From contig CAYQIX010000002.1 of the NCBI GenBank assembly GCA_964417765.1, positions 1 to 45,209 on the forward strand: DNA of 45,209 bases, written 5' to 3'. Made by a program: the position numbers and the translations under genes. Source of the DNA: an uncultured Desulfurococcaceae archaeon (GTDB lineage Archaea > Thermoproteota > Thermoprotei_A > Sulfolobales > NBVN01). Numbering within the stretch: the first letter of the stretch is position 1; each line of letters starts with the position of its first letter. Below, piece by piece: positions 26,264 to 35,790 of this stretch. The notes beneath the pieces are model-generated. The model was not told the origin of the DNA. It did not search any database and worked only from the letters and a program-made list of their open reading frames with translations.

Positions 26264-27346
26264 TTGTGCACGTTGTCTTTGAGAGCACACAGTGTCGGAA
26301 TAGTCTATGATGAAATATACCTGAGACACGGAGATGTGGTTGGAATACACCCTGAGTCCCCCTTAAGGCTAATCAAGATTATGTACAGTTTAGAGGAGCT
26401 CAATATACTGAAGAAGGTCGGCATAATCAAGCCCGAGAAGGCCCCTCTAGAAGCAGTACTCAGCGTACATGAGCACGAATATGTTGAGTTAATAAGGAAT
26501 TCTAGCTCTGAGGGCTTCAAGTACATTGACAGCGACACCTACGTAAATAAGTGGACATATATTGCAGCACTACACGCAGCGGGAGGCGTCATTAAGGCCA
26601 TAGAAGCTACCCTCACAGGCAATTACCTAAGGGTGTTCGCACTCGTCAGACCACCAGGACACCACGCAGGCATTAAGGGAGCAGCACTAGGCGCTCCAAC
26701 ACTCGGATTCTGCATATTCAATAACATAGCTATCGGAGCTAAGTACTTGCTCAGCAAGGGACTTAAGAAGATAGCTATAATTGACATCGATGTTCACCAC
26801 GGTAATGGAACTCAAGAAATCTTCTGGACATCACCCAACGTCCTCCATATAGACGTTCATCAAGAAGGTATATACCCTGGGACGGGTTCGATAGATAATA
26901 TAGGCGGAGGAGATGCTGCAGGAACTAAGATAAACATTCCTTTAGGTTATGGCGCAGGAAACACTGCTTACTCAGTAGTATTTGATGAGGTTATCGAGCC
27001 CCTAATCAATGAGTTTAAGCCTGAATACATCCTCGTATCTGCTGGTTTTGACGCGCACCACTCAGATCACCTAGCAGGGCTGACACTGACTTCTAGGGGC
27101 TACTACAATATCTTCTCTAGAATCGTTAAGTTAGCTGAGAAGTTCTGCAGTGGTAAGTTGGTAGCTGTGCTTGAGGGAGGGTATCGGGACGGTCTAAGCA
27201 AAGGCGTACCTAATGCCATAGCTGCACTCATGGAGGTCGATTCTCTGGTTGTTGAAGATGATGTGCCGGACACGTTCAGCAGTAAGGTGCGTGATCTCGT
27301 TTCAAAGATAAAGGAGGTCCTCAGCACGTACTGGAAGCTCAAATAA
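26264..27346 (+). CDS. Histone-deacetylase-family Zn deacetylase (AcuC / acetylpolyamine amidohydrolase-like)
   Basis: RPPGHHA, DIDVHHGNGTQ, SAGFDAHHSD and LEGGY. TTG start; the exact start is uncertain. Confidence 0.9.
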   Translation: MCTLSLRAHSVGIVYDEIYLRHGDVVGIHPESPLRLIKIMYSLEELNILKKVGIIKPEKAPLEAVLSVHEHEYVELIRNSSSEGFKYIDSDTYVNKWTYIAALHAAGGVIKAIEATLTGNYLRVFALVRPPGHHAGIKGAALGAPTLGFCIFNNIAIGAKYLLSKGLKKIAIIDIDVHHGNGTQEIFWTSPNVLHIDVHQEGIYPGTGSIDNIGGGDAAGTKINIPLGYGAGNTAYSVVFDEVIEPLINEFKPEYILVSAGFDAHHSDHLAGLTLTSRGYYNIFSRIVKLAEKFCSGKLVAVLEGGYRDGLSKGVPNAIAALMEVDSLVVEDDVPDTFSSKVRDLVSKIKEVLSTYWKLK

Positions 27347-27467
27347 CTCGGCGCCTCCTGAGTGTAATCCAGCACGTACATAACTCTAGCTTAGCATAGA
27401 ACACCTTATTTTATAAGTATTGATTCTCCTCCCTAATCGGTGGCATTAGCTTAAGGGTTAGGTAGTA

Positions 27468-28712
27468 ATGCCCAATATAGATCCAAGGCTCTGCATACTC
27501 TGCCGTGGTGCTAAGGGCCTCTGCGGCTATGCGTATTGCCCTATCGTAGCTAAGGCTATGGCCTTAGTTAAGGTAAAGAGGGTCTCGGGAAGGAAAGATC
27601 TCTTCGGCTCCAGCCCTCCCGCAGTATTTGTGGGGAGGTACGGCTACCCTGAGGTGCTTGCGGGCCCTTCGACCCCTCCTGTATTAGGCGACACGTCCAT
27701 ATATGACCTGCCTGAGAAGTGGTTAGCACTACCGATTGAGAAGATTCTTGACTATAGGCTTAGCCTAGTTACTGCTAAGCAGAAGATTAAGGTAACTGAC
27801 GTGAGTAGGTCGAGGCTCGTGGAGTTACTGCACGAGTTAGTCCTATCTGTTAAGCCTGTTGAGGTTGAGGTCGAGCTGCTTAAGCCTCCTAGGCCAACTA
27901 TTAGGTTAAGCGAGTATGAGGCACCTCAGGGACCTACTGCTCCACTTAAGAGCTTTAGGGTTGTTGGCAGCGGGGCGTCAGCTAGAGTTATTGAGTCCGT
28001 GTATGACGACGTAGACATGAAGGCTAGTGATGCAATAATTAAGCTGTATGAGCACAGCGTCCCAGTAACTCATATTCAGAGAATGCTGAGTGTTGGAGCA
28101 CTAGGCAGAGGGCGGAGCAGGAGGCTAGTACCTACTAGATGGTCTATAACGGCTGTTGACGATACGATATCTAAGTACTTAATTAGGAAGGTAAAGGATC
28201 TGCCGGTTATTAGCGAGTACTGGGTGTACGTGAGGAGGCACGCTAAGAACCTATTCCTAGCTGTACTCATTCCGAGGCACTGGAGCTTTGAGTGGATGGA
28301 GGCATGGTACCCTAACTCGACATGGAATCCAGGAGGTAGTGAGGTAAGTATCGAGGGTGACTACGAGGGCTTTACAGGAAGGTCAACGTATGCTTCAATT
28401 GGTGGCTGCTACTATGCTGCTAGGTTAGCTACTGCTGAGCACTTACTCTCAGTAGGTAGGCAGGCAACAGCTGTAGTCCTCAGGGAGATATATCCTGGAT
28501 TCAACATACCGATAGGTGTCTGGTTTGTTAGGGAGAACCTTAGAGCTATGTATAAGGCAGGTCCTGCAGCTAAGGTGCAGACACTTAAAGAAGTTATTGA
28601 GCTAATCGACAAGCACACTAACTTAGGTTCTAGAGTCTGGCTGTCCAGCTCAAAGCTGCTCAAGTATTTAATAAGTAGCAGGTCATTGATGGATTACGTT
28701 AAGGCGTGGTGA
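27468..28712 (+). CDS. nreA: NreA-family archaeal DNA-repair protein
   Basis: N-terminal Cys block CILCRGAKGLCGYAYCP. About 410 aa, with family-like blocks (VPTRWSITAVDD, IGVWFVRE). PIP-like C-terminus SRSLMDYVKAW. Confidence 0.7.
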   Translation: MPNIDPRLCILCRGAKGLCGYAYCPIVAKAMALVKVKRVSGRKDLFGSSPPAVFVGRYGYPEVLAGPSTPPVLGDTSIYDLPEKWLALPIEKILDYRLSLVTAKQKIKVTDVSRSRLVELLHELVLSVKPVEVEVELLKPPRPTIRLSEYEAPQGPTAPLKSFRVVGSGASARVIESVYDDVDMKASDAIIKLYEHSVPVTHIQRMLSVGALGRGRSRRLVPTRWSITAVDDTISKYLIRKVKDLPVISEYWVYVRRHAKNLFLAVLIPRHWSFEWMEAWYPNSTWNPGGSEVSIEGDYEGFTGRSTYASIGGCYYAARLATAEHLLSVGRQATAVVLREIYPGFNIPIGVWFVRENLRAMYKAGPAAKVQTLKEVIELIDKHTNLGSRVWLSSSKLLKYLISSRSLMDYVKAW

Positions 28713-28715
28713 CCG

Positions 28716-29564
28716 ATGTTGAAGATTAAGGTGGTTAGGGTTAGGGAGGCATTAACGCCTAGTGGATTGCCTGACATTGACTGGGCTCTCAACCCGTATG
28801 TAGGTTGCTCACATTCATGCATTTACTGCTACGGTAGAGTCTACACTAAGGACGAAGAGGTAGCTAGTGCGTGGGGTGAAGTAGTAGCTGTTAAGGAGAA
28901 CATCATTAACTTGCTAAGATATGAGGTTAAGCGCAAGAAGTCCGGTGTAGTAGGGGTGGGAACTGTTACCGATGCCTACCAGCCGATTGAGCTACAGTAC
29001 GAACTAACTAGGAGTTCACTAAATATACTGCTGAATAGCGGATATAGTGTGAGTATTCAAACCAAGTCAGACAACATCTTGAGAGATAAGGACATTCTTA
29101 TTAATTATAGGATTAGGGTCGATGTTGGAGTAACGATAACCACCTTGAATGAGGATGCGGCGAAGTTCTTAGAGCCCGGTGCCCCAGCACCGAGAGCTAG
29201 GGTTAGAGTATTAGAGCAGCTGAGCGCCTCAGGCATAAGTACGTGGGTCTTCCTAGGACCTGTAGTACCTGGGTACACAGACGACCTAGAGAGCATTAAG
29301 GAGGTTGTTGAAGTTGCTGCAAGCACTAACTCAGCACTATATTATGACAAGCTGAGAGTTAAGGACTTTATGCTCACACCTACGCACCCCCTCTACAGTG
29401 CTGCGAGAAGAGCCCTCAAGTACAGGTGGAGAGATCTCTTCGAGCTAATCACTAAACTCTGCAAGAGGTATGGCGTTAAGTGTTCATTAGGATTCGACTA
29501 CAGCAGCTCAGGTGCTGGAGAAGTTAAGTCTATTGTAAAGCTAGATAAGTTCGCTAAAAAGTAG
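28716..29564 (+). CDS. Radical SAM protein, SplB/'DNA repair photolyase'-like (COG1533-type)
   Basis: CSHSCIYCY is a CX3CX2C motif near the N-terminus. Size and pattern are typical. It starts 3 nt after the nreA stop. Confidence 0.7.
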   Translation: MLKIKVVRVREALTPSGLPDIDWALNPYVGCSHSCIYCYGRVYTKDEEVASAWGEVVAVKENIINLLRYEVKRKKSGVVGVGTVTDAYQPIELQYELTRSSLNILLNSGYSVSIQTKSDNILRDKDILINYRIRVDVGVTITTLNEDAAKFLEPGAPAPRARVRVLEQLSASGISTWVFLGPVVPGYTDDLESIKEVVEVAASTNSALYYDKLRVKDFMLTPTHPLYSAARRALKYRWRDLFELITKLCKRYGVKCSLGFDYSSSGAGEVKSIVKLDKFAKK

Positions 29565-29574
29565 TCTGGGTTGG

Positions 29575-30165
29575 CTACCTGCCGTAGATACCTACTAGCT
29601 TAGCGTAAGCTATCACGTGCCCGTCTAGGGCCTTAAGTAGGTCATCTATAGTTGCTCCTGCCTTAAGGCTCAGCCTAGTATCTAGTGCTAGAAGTAGAAA
29701 TACGTATCGGTGTGTACTTCCCGTTGGGGGGCATGGCCCCCCGTAACCGACTATGCCGAAGTCGTTAACTCCTTGAAGCCCGTAAGGGGTCTCAGGACCC
29801 CTAGGCACGTTCTCAGGGAGTGCACTCAAATCTGCTGGTATATTGTAGAGTAGCCAGTGGTAGAATACTCCCTTAGGTGCGTCAGAGTCGTAAACTATTA
29901 GTACGTAGGACTTGGTCTCAGGAGGTGCGCCCGACCAGCTTAGAGGCGGTGAGATGTCATTTCCATCACAGGTGTACGTACGCGGAATGTATCCGTTATT
30001 CTCGAATGCGCTGCTCTTTAAGGTAAATGTCTTCTTTACGCCTGAGATTATGCCTTCTACGCTTGTTGGAGGTCTACTTAGAAGGTATAGGTATACTGCT
30101 GCTACAATTACTAAGGAGATTATGACTGCCACAGCAATCGCTACTGCTCTCCGACCCAAAAACAC
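29575..30165 (-). CDS. PEBP/YbhB-family protein with N-terminal membrane anchor
   Basis: YTCDGNDISPPLSWSG, DSDAP, HWLLYNIP and GYGGPCPPTGSTHRYVFLLLALD. An N-terminal hydrophobic helix is present. Confidence 0.88.
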   Translation of the reverse strand: MFLGRRAVAIAVAVIISLVIVAAVYLYLLSRPPTSVEGIISGVKKTFTLKSSAFENNGYIPRTYTCDGNDISPPLSWSGAPPETKSYVLIVYDSDAPKGVFYHWLLYNIPADLSALPENVPRGPETPYGLQGVNDFGIVGYGGPCPPTGSTHRYVFLLLALDTRLSLKAGATIDDLLKALDGHVIAYAKLVGIYGR

Positions 30166-30197
30166 ACCTCCAACATACGTAATACCTAATTCTAGTC

Positions 30198-30941
30198 TTA
30201 ATTCTTGCCCTCTAATCCCAAAGCTCTAGCTATCTCAGGAAGCGCTTCGCTAGCTCTCTGCTTAATAAATACATCAGCTATTGGGGTTATTGCTGATTCA
30301 CTGATATTTACCTCTATAATCTTGCCCCCTCTGTCCTTAACAATTGCAGGTATTAGTGCTGCAGGCATTACGGCACCGCTCGTGCCCACCACAATCACTA
30401 AGTCAGCCCTACCTGCCTCACTAACTGCCTTCTTCCAGGCATTATGAGGAAGCGGCTCGCCAAACCACACTACATCAGGTCTGAGCAGCGAGCTGCATTG
30501 AGGGCATCTAGGAGGCACCTCCTTAGGCGGCTCCTCAAGTTTAGACCTGAAGTTACATGCTGGATTACTGCACTTTATCCTCCATATATTGCCGTGAAGC
30601 TCAATGACATTTTTCGAGCCTGCTAGAGTGTGTAGTCCGTCAACATTTTGAGTTACTACTGCCTTAAGGATGCCAGCTGCCTCCATCCTAGCTAGCGCTA
30701 TGTGAGCTGGGTTAGGCCTCGCCTTACGTATTATCCCCATCCTCCACTTGTACCACTCCCAAACCTTCTTAGGGTCTCTAGCAAAGGCCTCAGGTGTTGC
30801 CAGCTCCTCAGCTCTGAACCTGCGCCAAAGCCCGTCAGAGCCTCTAAAGGTAGGTATCCCGCTCTCAGCTGATATCCCTGCGCCTGTAAACGCTATCACG
30901 TACTTACTGGACTTAATTAACTCAACAGCTTTGCTAATCAC
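30198..30941 (-). CDS. cobB: Sir2-family NAD-dependent protein deacylase
   Basis: [27 protein letters not shown] and Zn-ribbon cysteines (CSNPAC...CPQC). Confidence 0.93.
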   Translation of the reverse strand: MISKAVELIKSSKYVIAFTGAGISAESGIPTFRGSDGLWRRFRAEELATPEAFARDPKKVWEWYKWRMGIIRKARPNPAHIALARMEAAGILKAVVTQNVDGLHTLAGSKNVIELHGNIWRIKCSNPACNFRSKLEEPPKEVPPRCPQCSSLLRPDVVWFGEPLPHNAWKKAVSEAGRADLVIVVGTSGAVMPAALIPAIVKDRGGKIIEVNISESAITPIADVFIKQRASEALPEIARALGLEGKN

Positions 30942-31046
30942 CAGTACCTCACCAGGAACAGATTGTCTGCAGGAGTTAATTACTAAGTTCTTCTCGCCTC
31001 AAAACAGGAAGATGGAGAAGAAAGAGAAAAGTAGCGGATTGGTTGG

Positions 31047-32144
31047 CTATGTAGTTACTTTTTCTAATTTGTCGTCTTCTCTGACAATGAATGTATCCTC
31101 TAGCTTTACTTGACCTAATCCCTTAAGTAGTAGTGGCGCGTGGACAAACGCTAAAACCATGTTTGGCTTTACCTTAACTACCCTATGCTGCGGCACTATA
31201 GTCGTTATAGGCGGCTCCTCAACCTGCAGCCCAACTCCGTGAGCGTAACCTACCACTCTGTACTCTAGCAGCCCGTACTTAGCGTAAACCTTATCAAGCT
31301 CCTTCATAACGTCAATTAACCTTACGCCAGCTCTAGTCAATCTTGATGCTTGCTCATAGACCTCGCTCATACACTTGAGGGCTTTCTCAGCCATGCCGCT
31401 GGCCTTCCCTACGTAGATAGTTCTTGCCATGTTAGCGTAGTATCTGTTGTAGTCAGCAGCGATGATCATGGTGACGAAAACCCCCTCCCTAACCTTAACG
31501 TCTCTGTAGGGCTCTGAGTGAACTCTGGGTGCCGGACCTACATTTACGTGCACGTGCGGCTCCTCGCAGCCACTGCCATAGAGCTTGTGGTATGCTTCAG
31601 CAGCTATCTCGGTCTCAGACATCCCAGGCTTTACTGTGGAGAGCACGTGCTCCATTACCTTAGATGCCACCTGACCTGCCTTACGTACTGATTCGAGCTC
31701 GTACTTATCCTTGGTAGCTCTCAGCTCAAATAGCAAGTGGCTAACGTCAACTACCTCAACCTTAGGATTCAGTTTCTTGAACATCTCGTAGAAGAGAATA
31801 TACGCGTCACGCTCTAAGCCAAATTCTAGCCCAACTTTCTTACAACCCCTCTCTCTGATAGCTCCTGAAACTTTAGCCATGAGGTCTCCGCCATCAGTAA
31901 ACGTAACTACGTCCTTAATCCACGTCCTCTCTCTGAAGAAGTCGTCTTCACCACGTGCTACAAAGAGTGTAGGCACTCCCTCAGCAGGAATTAAGAGTGC
32001 AGGCCTCAGCCACTTAATTCCTGTGAAATAAATGAAGCTTGATAAAGTTCTAAGCATGACAGCGTCAATACCCTCACGCATGAGGAGTTCTTGAAATTTC
32101 TTGTACCTAGACTTGAGAACTTCTACTGGAAATCTAGGAGGCAT
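31047..32144 (-). CDS. M24-fold (prolidase/creatinase-like) protein with substituted metal ligands
   Basis: N-terminal creatinase/prolidase domain plus pita-bread domain. The expected D..D..H..E..E contexts read MIIAA, ANMART, AHGVGL, AFVHAP and KLEDT, so only the His and the last Glu are retained. Confidence 0.7.
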   Translation of the reverse strand: MPPRFPVEVLKSRYKKFQELLMREGIDAVMLRTLSSFIYFTGIKWLRPALLIPAEGVPTLFVARGEDDFFRERTWIKDVVTFTDGGDLMAKVSGAIRERGCKKVGLEFGLERDAYILFYEMFKKLNPKVEVVDVSHLLFELRATKDKYELESVRKAGQVASKVMEHVLSTVKPGMSETEIAAEAYHKLYGSGCEEPHVHVNVGPAPRVHSEPYRDVKVREGVFVTMIIAADYNRYYANMARTIYVGKASGMAEKALKCMSEVYEQASRLTRAGVRLIDVMKELDKVYAKYGLLEYRVVGYAHGVGLQVEEPPITTIVPQHRVVKVKPNMVLAFVHAPLLLKGLGQVKLEDTFIVREDDKLEKVTT

Positions 32145-32194
32145 GAGTTAAGACCCAAGTAACTTAATCAGCATGCAATATTTATTAATTTATT

Positions 32195-33286
32195 TCAGTG
32201 AGGGTACAGTCCTGCAGCTGCTAACATGAGAACTACTATTAAGAGAGCAGCAAAGTAAGGTAGTACATATTTGTGAAATTCCTTTATGGAAATCCCGGCG
32301 AGCCTAATCGTTATTATATTAGCTAGAGATCCGGTGATCAGCCCAACCCCACCCAAGTTAGTACCTACTGCCAGCGACTCCCAGCTACTTACGTGCCCTA
32401 TTAAGAATAATGTTGCAGGCACATTACTCACTACCTGACTCAGCGCGAAAGACATGAAAATCTCAGTTACTGAACTAGTTACTGCTAACCCAGACATTGC
32501 TGGAGCTAGTATGCTTGCAAGACCTCGAAAGTCCGCGAACATGAGAATGAACATAGCTATCAACACATAATCGACAGTAACTACTACCTCCTTCCGCACG
32601 AGCAGTAAGGCAGCTGCGGTAAGGATCAAGGCAACTGCAGATAACCTGTACTGAGCCAGGGCTACATCAATTACTAGCAGAATTATCGAAGCTATGAGCA
32701 GTTTCTTGCTCAATTTTACAGCAGGCGGCTTAGGCAGTGGCTTAAATCGAGCTGCCCCTTCCAACACTAAGTAGATGTACATCATAAGTATCGCCAGCGC
32801 AATAAGCGTGAATGGCGCCAGTGATGCAATAAATACGTGGAAGGCCACTCTGTAGTGCTGCCAAATTATTATGTTCTGAGGATTCCCCATCGGCGTCAGA
32901 GCAGAACCTACGTTCACAGCTATAGTTACTAGTGGAGCAAGGCACGCAAGCTCAACCCCACACATCCTCGATACGGTCATGGTCAGCGGGATGAAAATGA
33001 AGAGTGCTGTGTCATTCATAACTACTGAAGCTGTAGCAGCAGATGCTGCAGCCAGCATCATCGCTAGGTACTTCGGGGACTCCTTACTAGCCGACATTAG
33101 CTTCATTGATAGCTTAGTGAATGCTCCTGAGAGCTCCATACCTCTGGACACGAGTAGGAGCGCTGCTATTACGAATATTGTGTTGAAGTCAACGAACTTG
33201 ACTATATTTAATGTTTCGCCACGGGAGATCAGCGTGACCCCTACATAAAGTATGATTAGTAGTGTGAGTACTCTCTCCTTCTTCAA
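32195..33286 (-). CDS. ArsB/NhaD-superfamily (CitMHS-like) ion/anion permease
   Basis: Polytopic membrane protein with a GNPQNIII block, typical of this permease superfamily. Confidence 0.6.
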   Translation of the reverse strand: MKKERVLTLLIILYVGVTLISRGETLNIVKFVDFNTIFVIAALLLVSRGMELSGAFTKLSMKLMSASKESPKYLAMMLAAASAATASVVMNDTALFIFIPLTMTVSRMCGVELACLAPLVTIAVNVGSALTPMGNPQNIIIWQHYRVAFHVFIASLAPFTLIALAILMMYIYLVLEGAARFKPLPKPPAVKLSKKLLIASIILLVIDVALAQYRLSAVALILTAAALLLVRKEVVVTVDYVLIAMFILMFADFRGLASILAPAMSGLAVTSSVTEIFMSFALSQVVSNVPATLFLIGHVSSWESLAVGTNLGGVGLITGSLANIITIRLAGISIKEFHKYVLPYFAALLIVVLMLAAAGLYPH

Positions 33287-33320
33287 GAAGTTCGCAGAGC
33301 GCTTAAGAATAGTTGCAAAC

Positions 33321-33800
33321 TTAGATGACGTATCGCCTAACCTCCTCAGTTAAGCCGTAGTCAGGAATCAACTCGCTCCCGTCATGTGAGACCTTGATGT
33401 GAGCTATAATTATGTTCCTCCAAGCTAGAGGCACTACCCAAGCTGCTTCAGGCTCTCTGTACTCTGCAGCATCAATCACCCTCACCTCCCTGAGTGCAGA
33501 CTCCATCACAGACTTCACCTCATCAGCTTCCACCCTAACTCCCCAGGCACGGACTGGTCTACCCTTAGGGGATGGAGCTCTCAGGCTGGGGTCGTAGTGA
33601 ACTCTATCTAATGCCAGGTCATGGTACATTAACGGAACATCCACATGCACCTCACCTGCAGGCCCGTACCTAATGAGTGGAGGCCCTACTATTATGTAGG
33701 AAAGCGCTGCCCTCACAGTACTTATAGCGCGTGAAGCACACTCAAAATCTATAGGTGGAGCACACTCCCTGTGACCCCTGACAGGAGGTGGAGTGCCCAA
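33321..33800 (-). CDS. Hypothetical protein
   Basis: Open frame with protein-like composition. TTG start only; no family recognised. Confidence 0.4.
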   Translation of the reverse strand: MGTPPPVRGHRECAPPIDFECASRAISTVRAALSYIIVGPPLIRYGPAGEVHVDVPLMYHDLALDRVHYDPSLRAPSPKGRPVRAWGVRVEADEVKSVMESALREVRVIDAAEYREPEAAWVVPLAWRNIIIAHIKVSHDGSELIPDYGLTEEVRRYVI

Positions 33801-33994
33801 AACCTACACCGGTATCAAGTTCAAAAATATACTTTAATTTCCTTCTACTGTATGGTACCCTAGACACTGCTTCGCCGTTCTTGGATTCTCAGTATTACCT
33901 AAGTATAAGGATCTGGACCGTGTGAGATATACTGCTGAAAAGGAAGGTATTACCTACTTATTAGTCCTGAAGCTCCAGAGGAAATGGTGGTGGA

Positions 33995-34669
33995 ATGAGT
34001 AAGAGAGTCGCTGAGGTAGCGGAGTGGAGGAGCAACCTACTGAAGCTTAGGCGATACATTCTGTGGTATGCGAAAAAGTACTATGGTAAGTCCGTGGCTG
34101 ATTTCCTGAGGGATAGGTTTCAAGGTACTTCAGAGATTATCCGTAGATCCTCAGCTAGGGTGCTGTCAACCATAGTTAAGGGTTCAGGTGTAACTGTAAT
34201 TTTCGCTTCTACTAAGGTGCTTAAGGAAGGTCCTGAGAGGTTGATTAAGGTAAGGAGCTTCAATGGTGAAGTTATTGAGCTTCCTCTAGGTGTTACCGCT
34301 GAAGAGGCGTACCACATTACGCAGGTTGGGTGCTACGGGCTTAAATGTACTTGTACAGACGCGCTCATGACTGCTAGTAAGGCGGATAGGCTATTCTTAG
34401 AGGGGCTCAGGAGGTGCGGCGTAAAGCGTGTTGACGTACCGACACCCTTATTTACTAGGTTTGTGATATGCAAGCACACGCTAGCAGCTGCTGCATACGC
34501 CCTAACGCTGGGTATTATCCCTTATGACTCGAGGGTATTCAGAGAGGTCCTGAAGCTCAGCATATTAGCTGCTGCTCTGAGAGTGCATGGCTTAGAAGGT
34601 ATTAGTAAGCGTAAGCTCATGTCTTCATACATAAGAATAGTGAGGTTATCTAAGGGACTGCCTCCCTAG
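33995..34669 (+). CDS. SWIM-zinc-finger-like protein
   Basis: A CxC...CxH pattern: KCTCTD ... VICKHTLAAAAY, with a 38-residue spacer. Confidence 0.5.
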   Translation: MSKRVAEVAEWRSNLLKLRRYILWYAKKYYGKSVADFLRDRFQGTSEIIRRSSARVLSTIVKGSGVTVIFASTKVLKEGPERLIKVRSFNGEVIELPLGVTAEEAYHITQVGCYGLKCTCTDALMTASKADRLFLEGLRRCGVKRVDVPTPLFTRFVICKHTLAAAAYALTLGIIPYDSRVFREVLKLSILAAALRVHGLEGISKRKLMSSYIRIVRLSKGLPP

Positions 34670-35052
34670 CTACCTCTACGCAGTATCCCTACGTTCTTAG
34701 ACAGCCTAATAACTACCTTAATACTTGATCCCTCCAGCGACCTACGCACTCTCGCTAAGTACCTCGCGCTGCTACTGAATACTGCGTTCTCCAGCTCTAC
34801 AACAAGCTTGTATCCCTCAACAAGCTTACTTAAGTCAACCACTAACTTATTACTGCTGACAGAAGCTTCATAGAAGCCCTTCTGGAGTAGGTCAGCATAC
34901 CTGCATGCCGAAGGAACTAGTATGTCTAGGTGACTGTACTTAGCTCTGCACCTCCCTGCCCTGTGGTAGTACACCTCAGCACTTAGTTCAGTTCTCTCAC
35001 CGCTCGAATCAACCATGAAGACCTTAGCTTCAAGCAGCTCTTTACAGCGCAT
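34666..35052 (-). CDS. Hypothetical protein
   Basis: 128-aa ORF convergent with the SWIM gene, sharing a CTAG stop overlap. No family recognised. Confidence 0.4.
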   Translation of the reverse strand: MRCKELLEAKVFMVDSSGERTELSAEVYYHRAGRCRAKYSHLDILVPSACRYADLLQKGFYEASVSSNKLVVDLSKLVEGYKLVVELENAVFSSSARYLARVRRSLEGSSIKVVIRLSKNVGILRRGS

Positions 35053-35130
35053 TTACTGCAGCCACATAGTACATAGTCAAAACCTTCTTAAGTAATCTAA
35101 TGCTCAGAACTACAACAGGTCTGGTGCTCC

Positions 35131-35790
35131 ATGATAGAAGTGAATGTAGGGGATAAAGTGAGCATCGAAGAGGCTGAGGTCTCAAGAGATTCTGAGAGAG
35201 TCTACGTTAAGGACAGGTACCAGGAAGCTTCATACATAGTCAGTAGGGAGTCTAAGGTAGTTCTCAATCCTACCCCCCCGCTTAACGTTCCATTAAGAAT
35301 CACTGACTACTTACTTCTTCAGTTTCAGGAGCCGATGCTAATTAGTAAGAACGTGAACTTCTGGGTTAAGGCACCTTACGAACTTGCTGTTCTTGCTGAT
35401 GACACCTTGCTGACATACCTAACGCCATTTAAGGTGAAGCACACACTTCACGGTGAGATAATAGGTGGCACCATATGCAGGTACTTCCTAACTAGCACCT
35501 ACTTCAGGCGCCCATCGAAGGGCTCAGAAGCTCTAGTAAAGATCAGCATTATAGCACGTGCTACAGCGCTAATGGACGGTATAGTTATACCGTTAAGTAA
35601 CGTGAGGATTTACGTCAGCAGCGGAAAAGTGTTCTACAACGTAGTTAGGGTCACAGTAAATAAGGGCATCAAGGTAGAGCTCCTCAGTGAAGCTCCAGTA
35701 CCTGGTGCTACAGCAATAGATACTGGTCTAAGTAACTCAGGTAAGTACCGCAGCTACTCTGAATTATATTCCTGGCTTTGGGGGTGGTGA
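35131..35790 (+). CDS. Hypothetical beta-rich protein translationally coupled to MscS
   Basis: The TGA stop overlaps the ATG of the MscS gene (TGATG). Aromatic C-terminus YSELYSWLWGW. It possibly belongs to an archaeal DUF (DUF432-like); this is unverified. Confidence 0.55.
   Translation: MIEVNVGDKVSIEEAEVSRDSERVYVKDRYQEASYIVSRESKVVLNPTPPLNVPLRITDYLLLQFQEPMLISKNVNFWVKAPYELAVLADDTLLTYLTPFKVKHTLHGEIIGGTICRYFLTSTYFRRPSKGSEALVKISIIARATALMDGIVIPLSNVRIYVSSGKVFYNVVRVTVNKGIKVELLSEAPVPGATAIDTGLSNSGKYRSYSELYSWLWGW

Noticed and set aside
26297-26346. C/D-box-sRNA-like string: ATGATGA ... CTGA ... CTGA near the HDAC gene start
   Set aside because: Only 7 nt separate the C-like box from the first CTGA, where ~12 is expected. 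No convincing C' box is present, and the string lies inside a well-supported CDS. It is probably chance.
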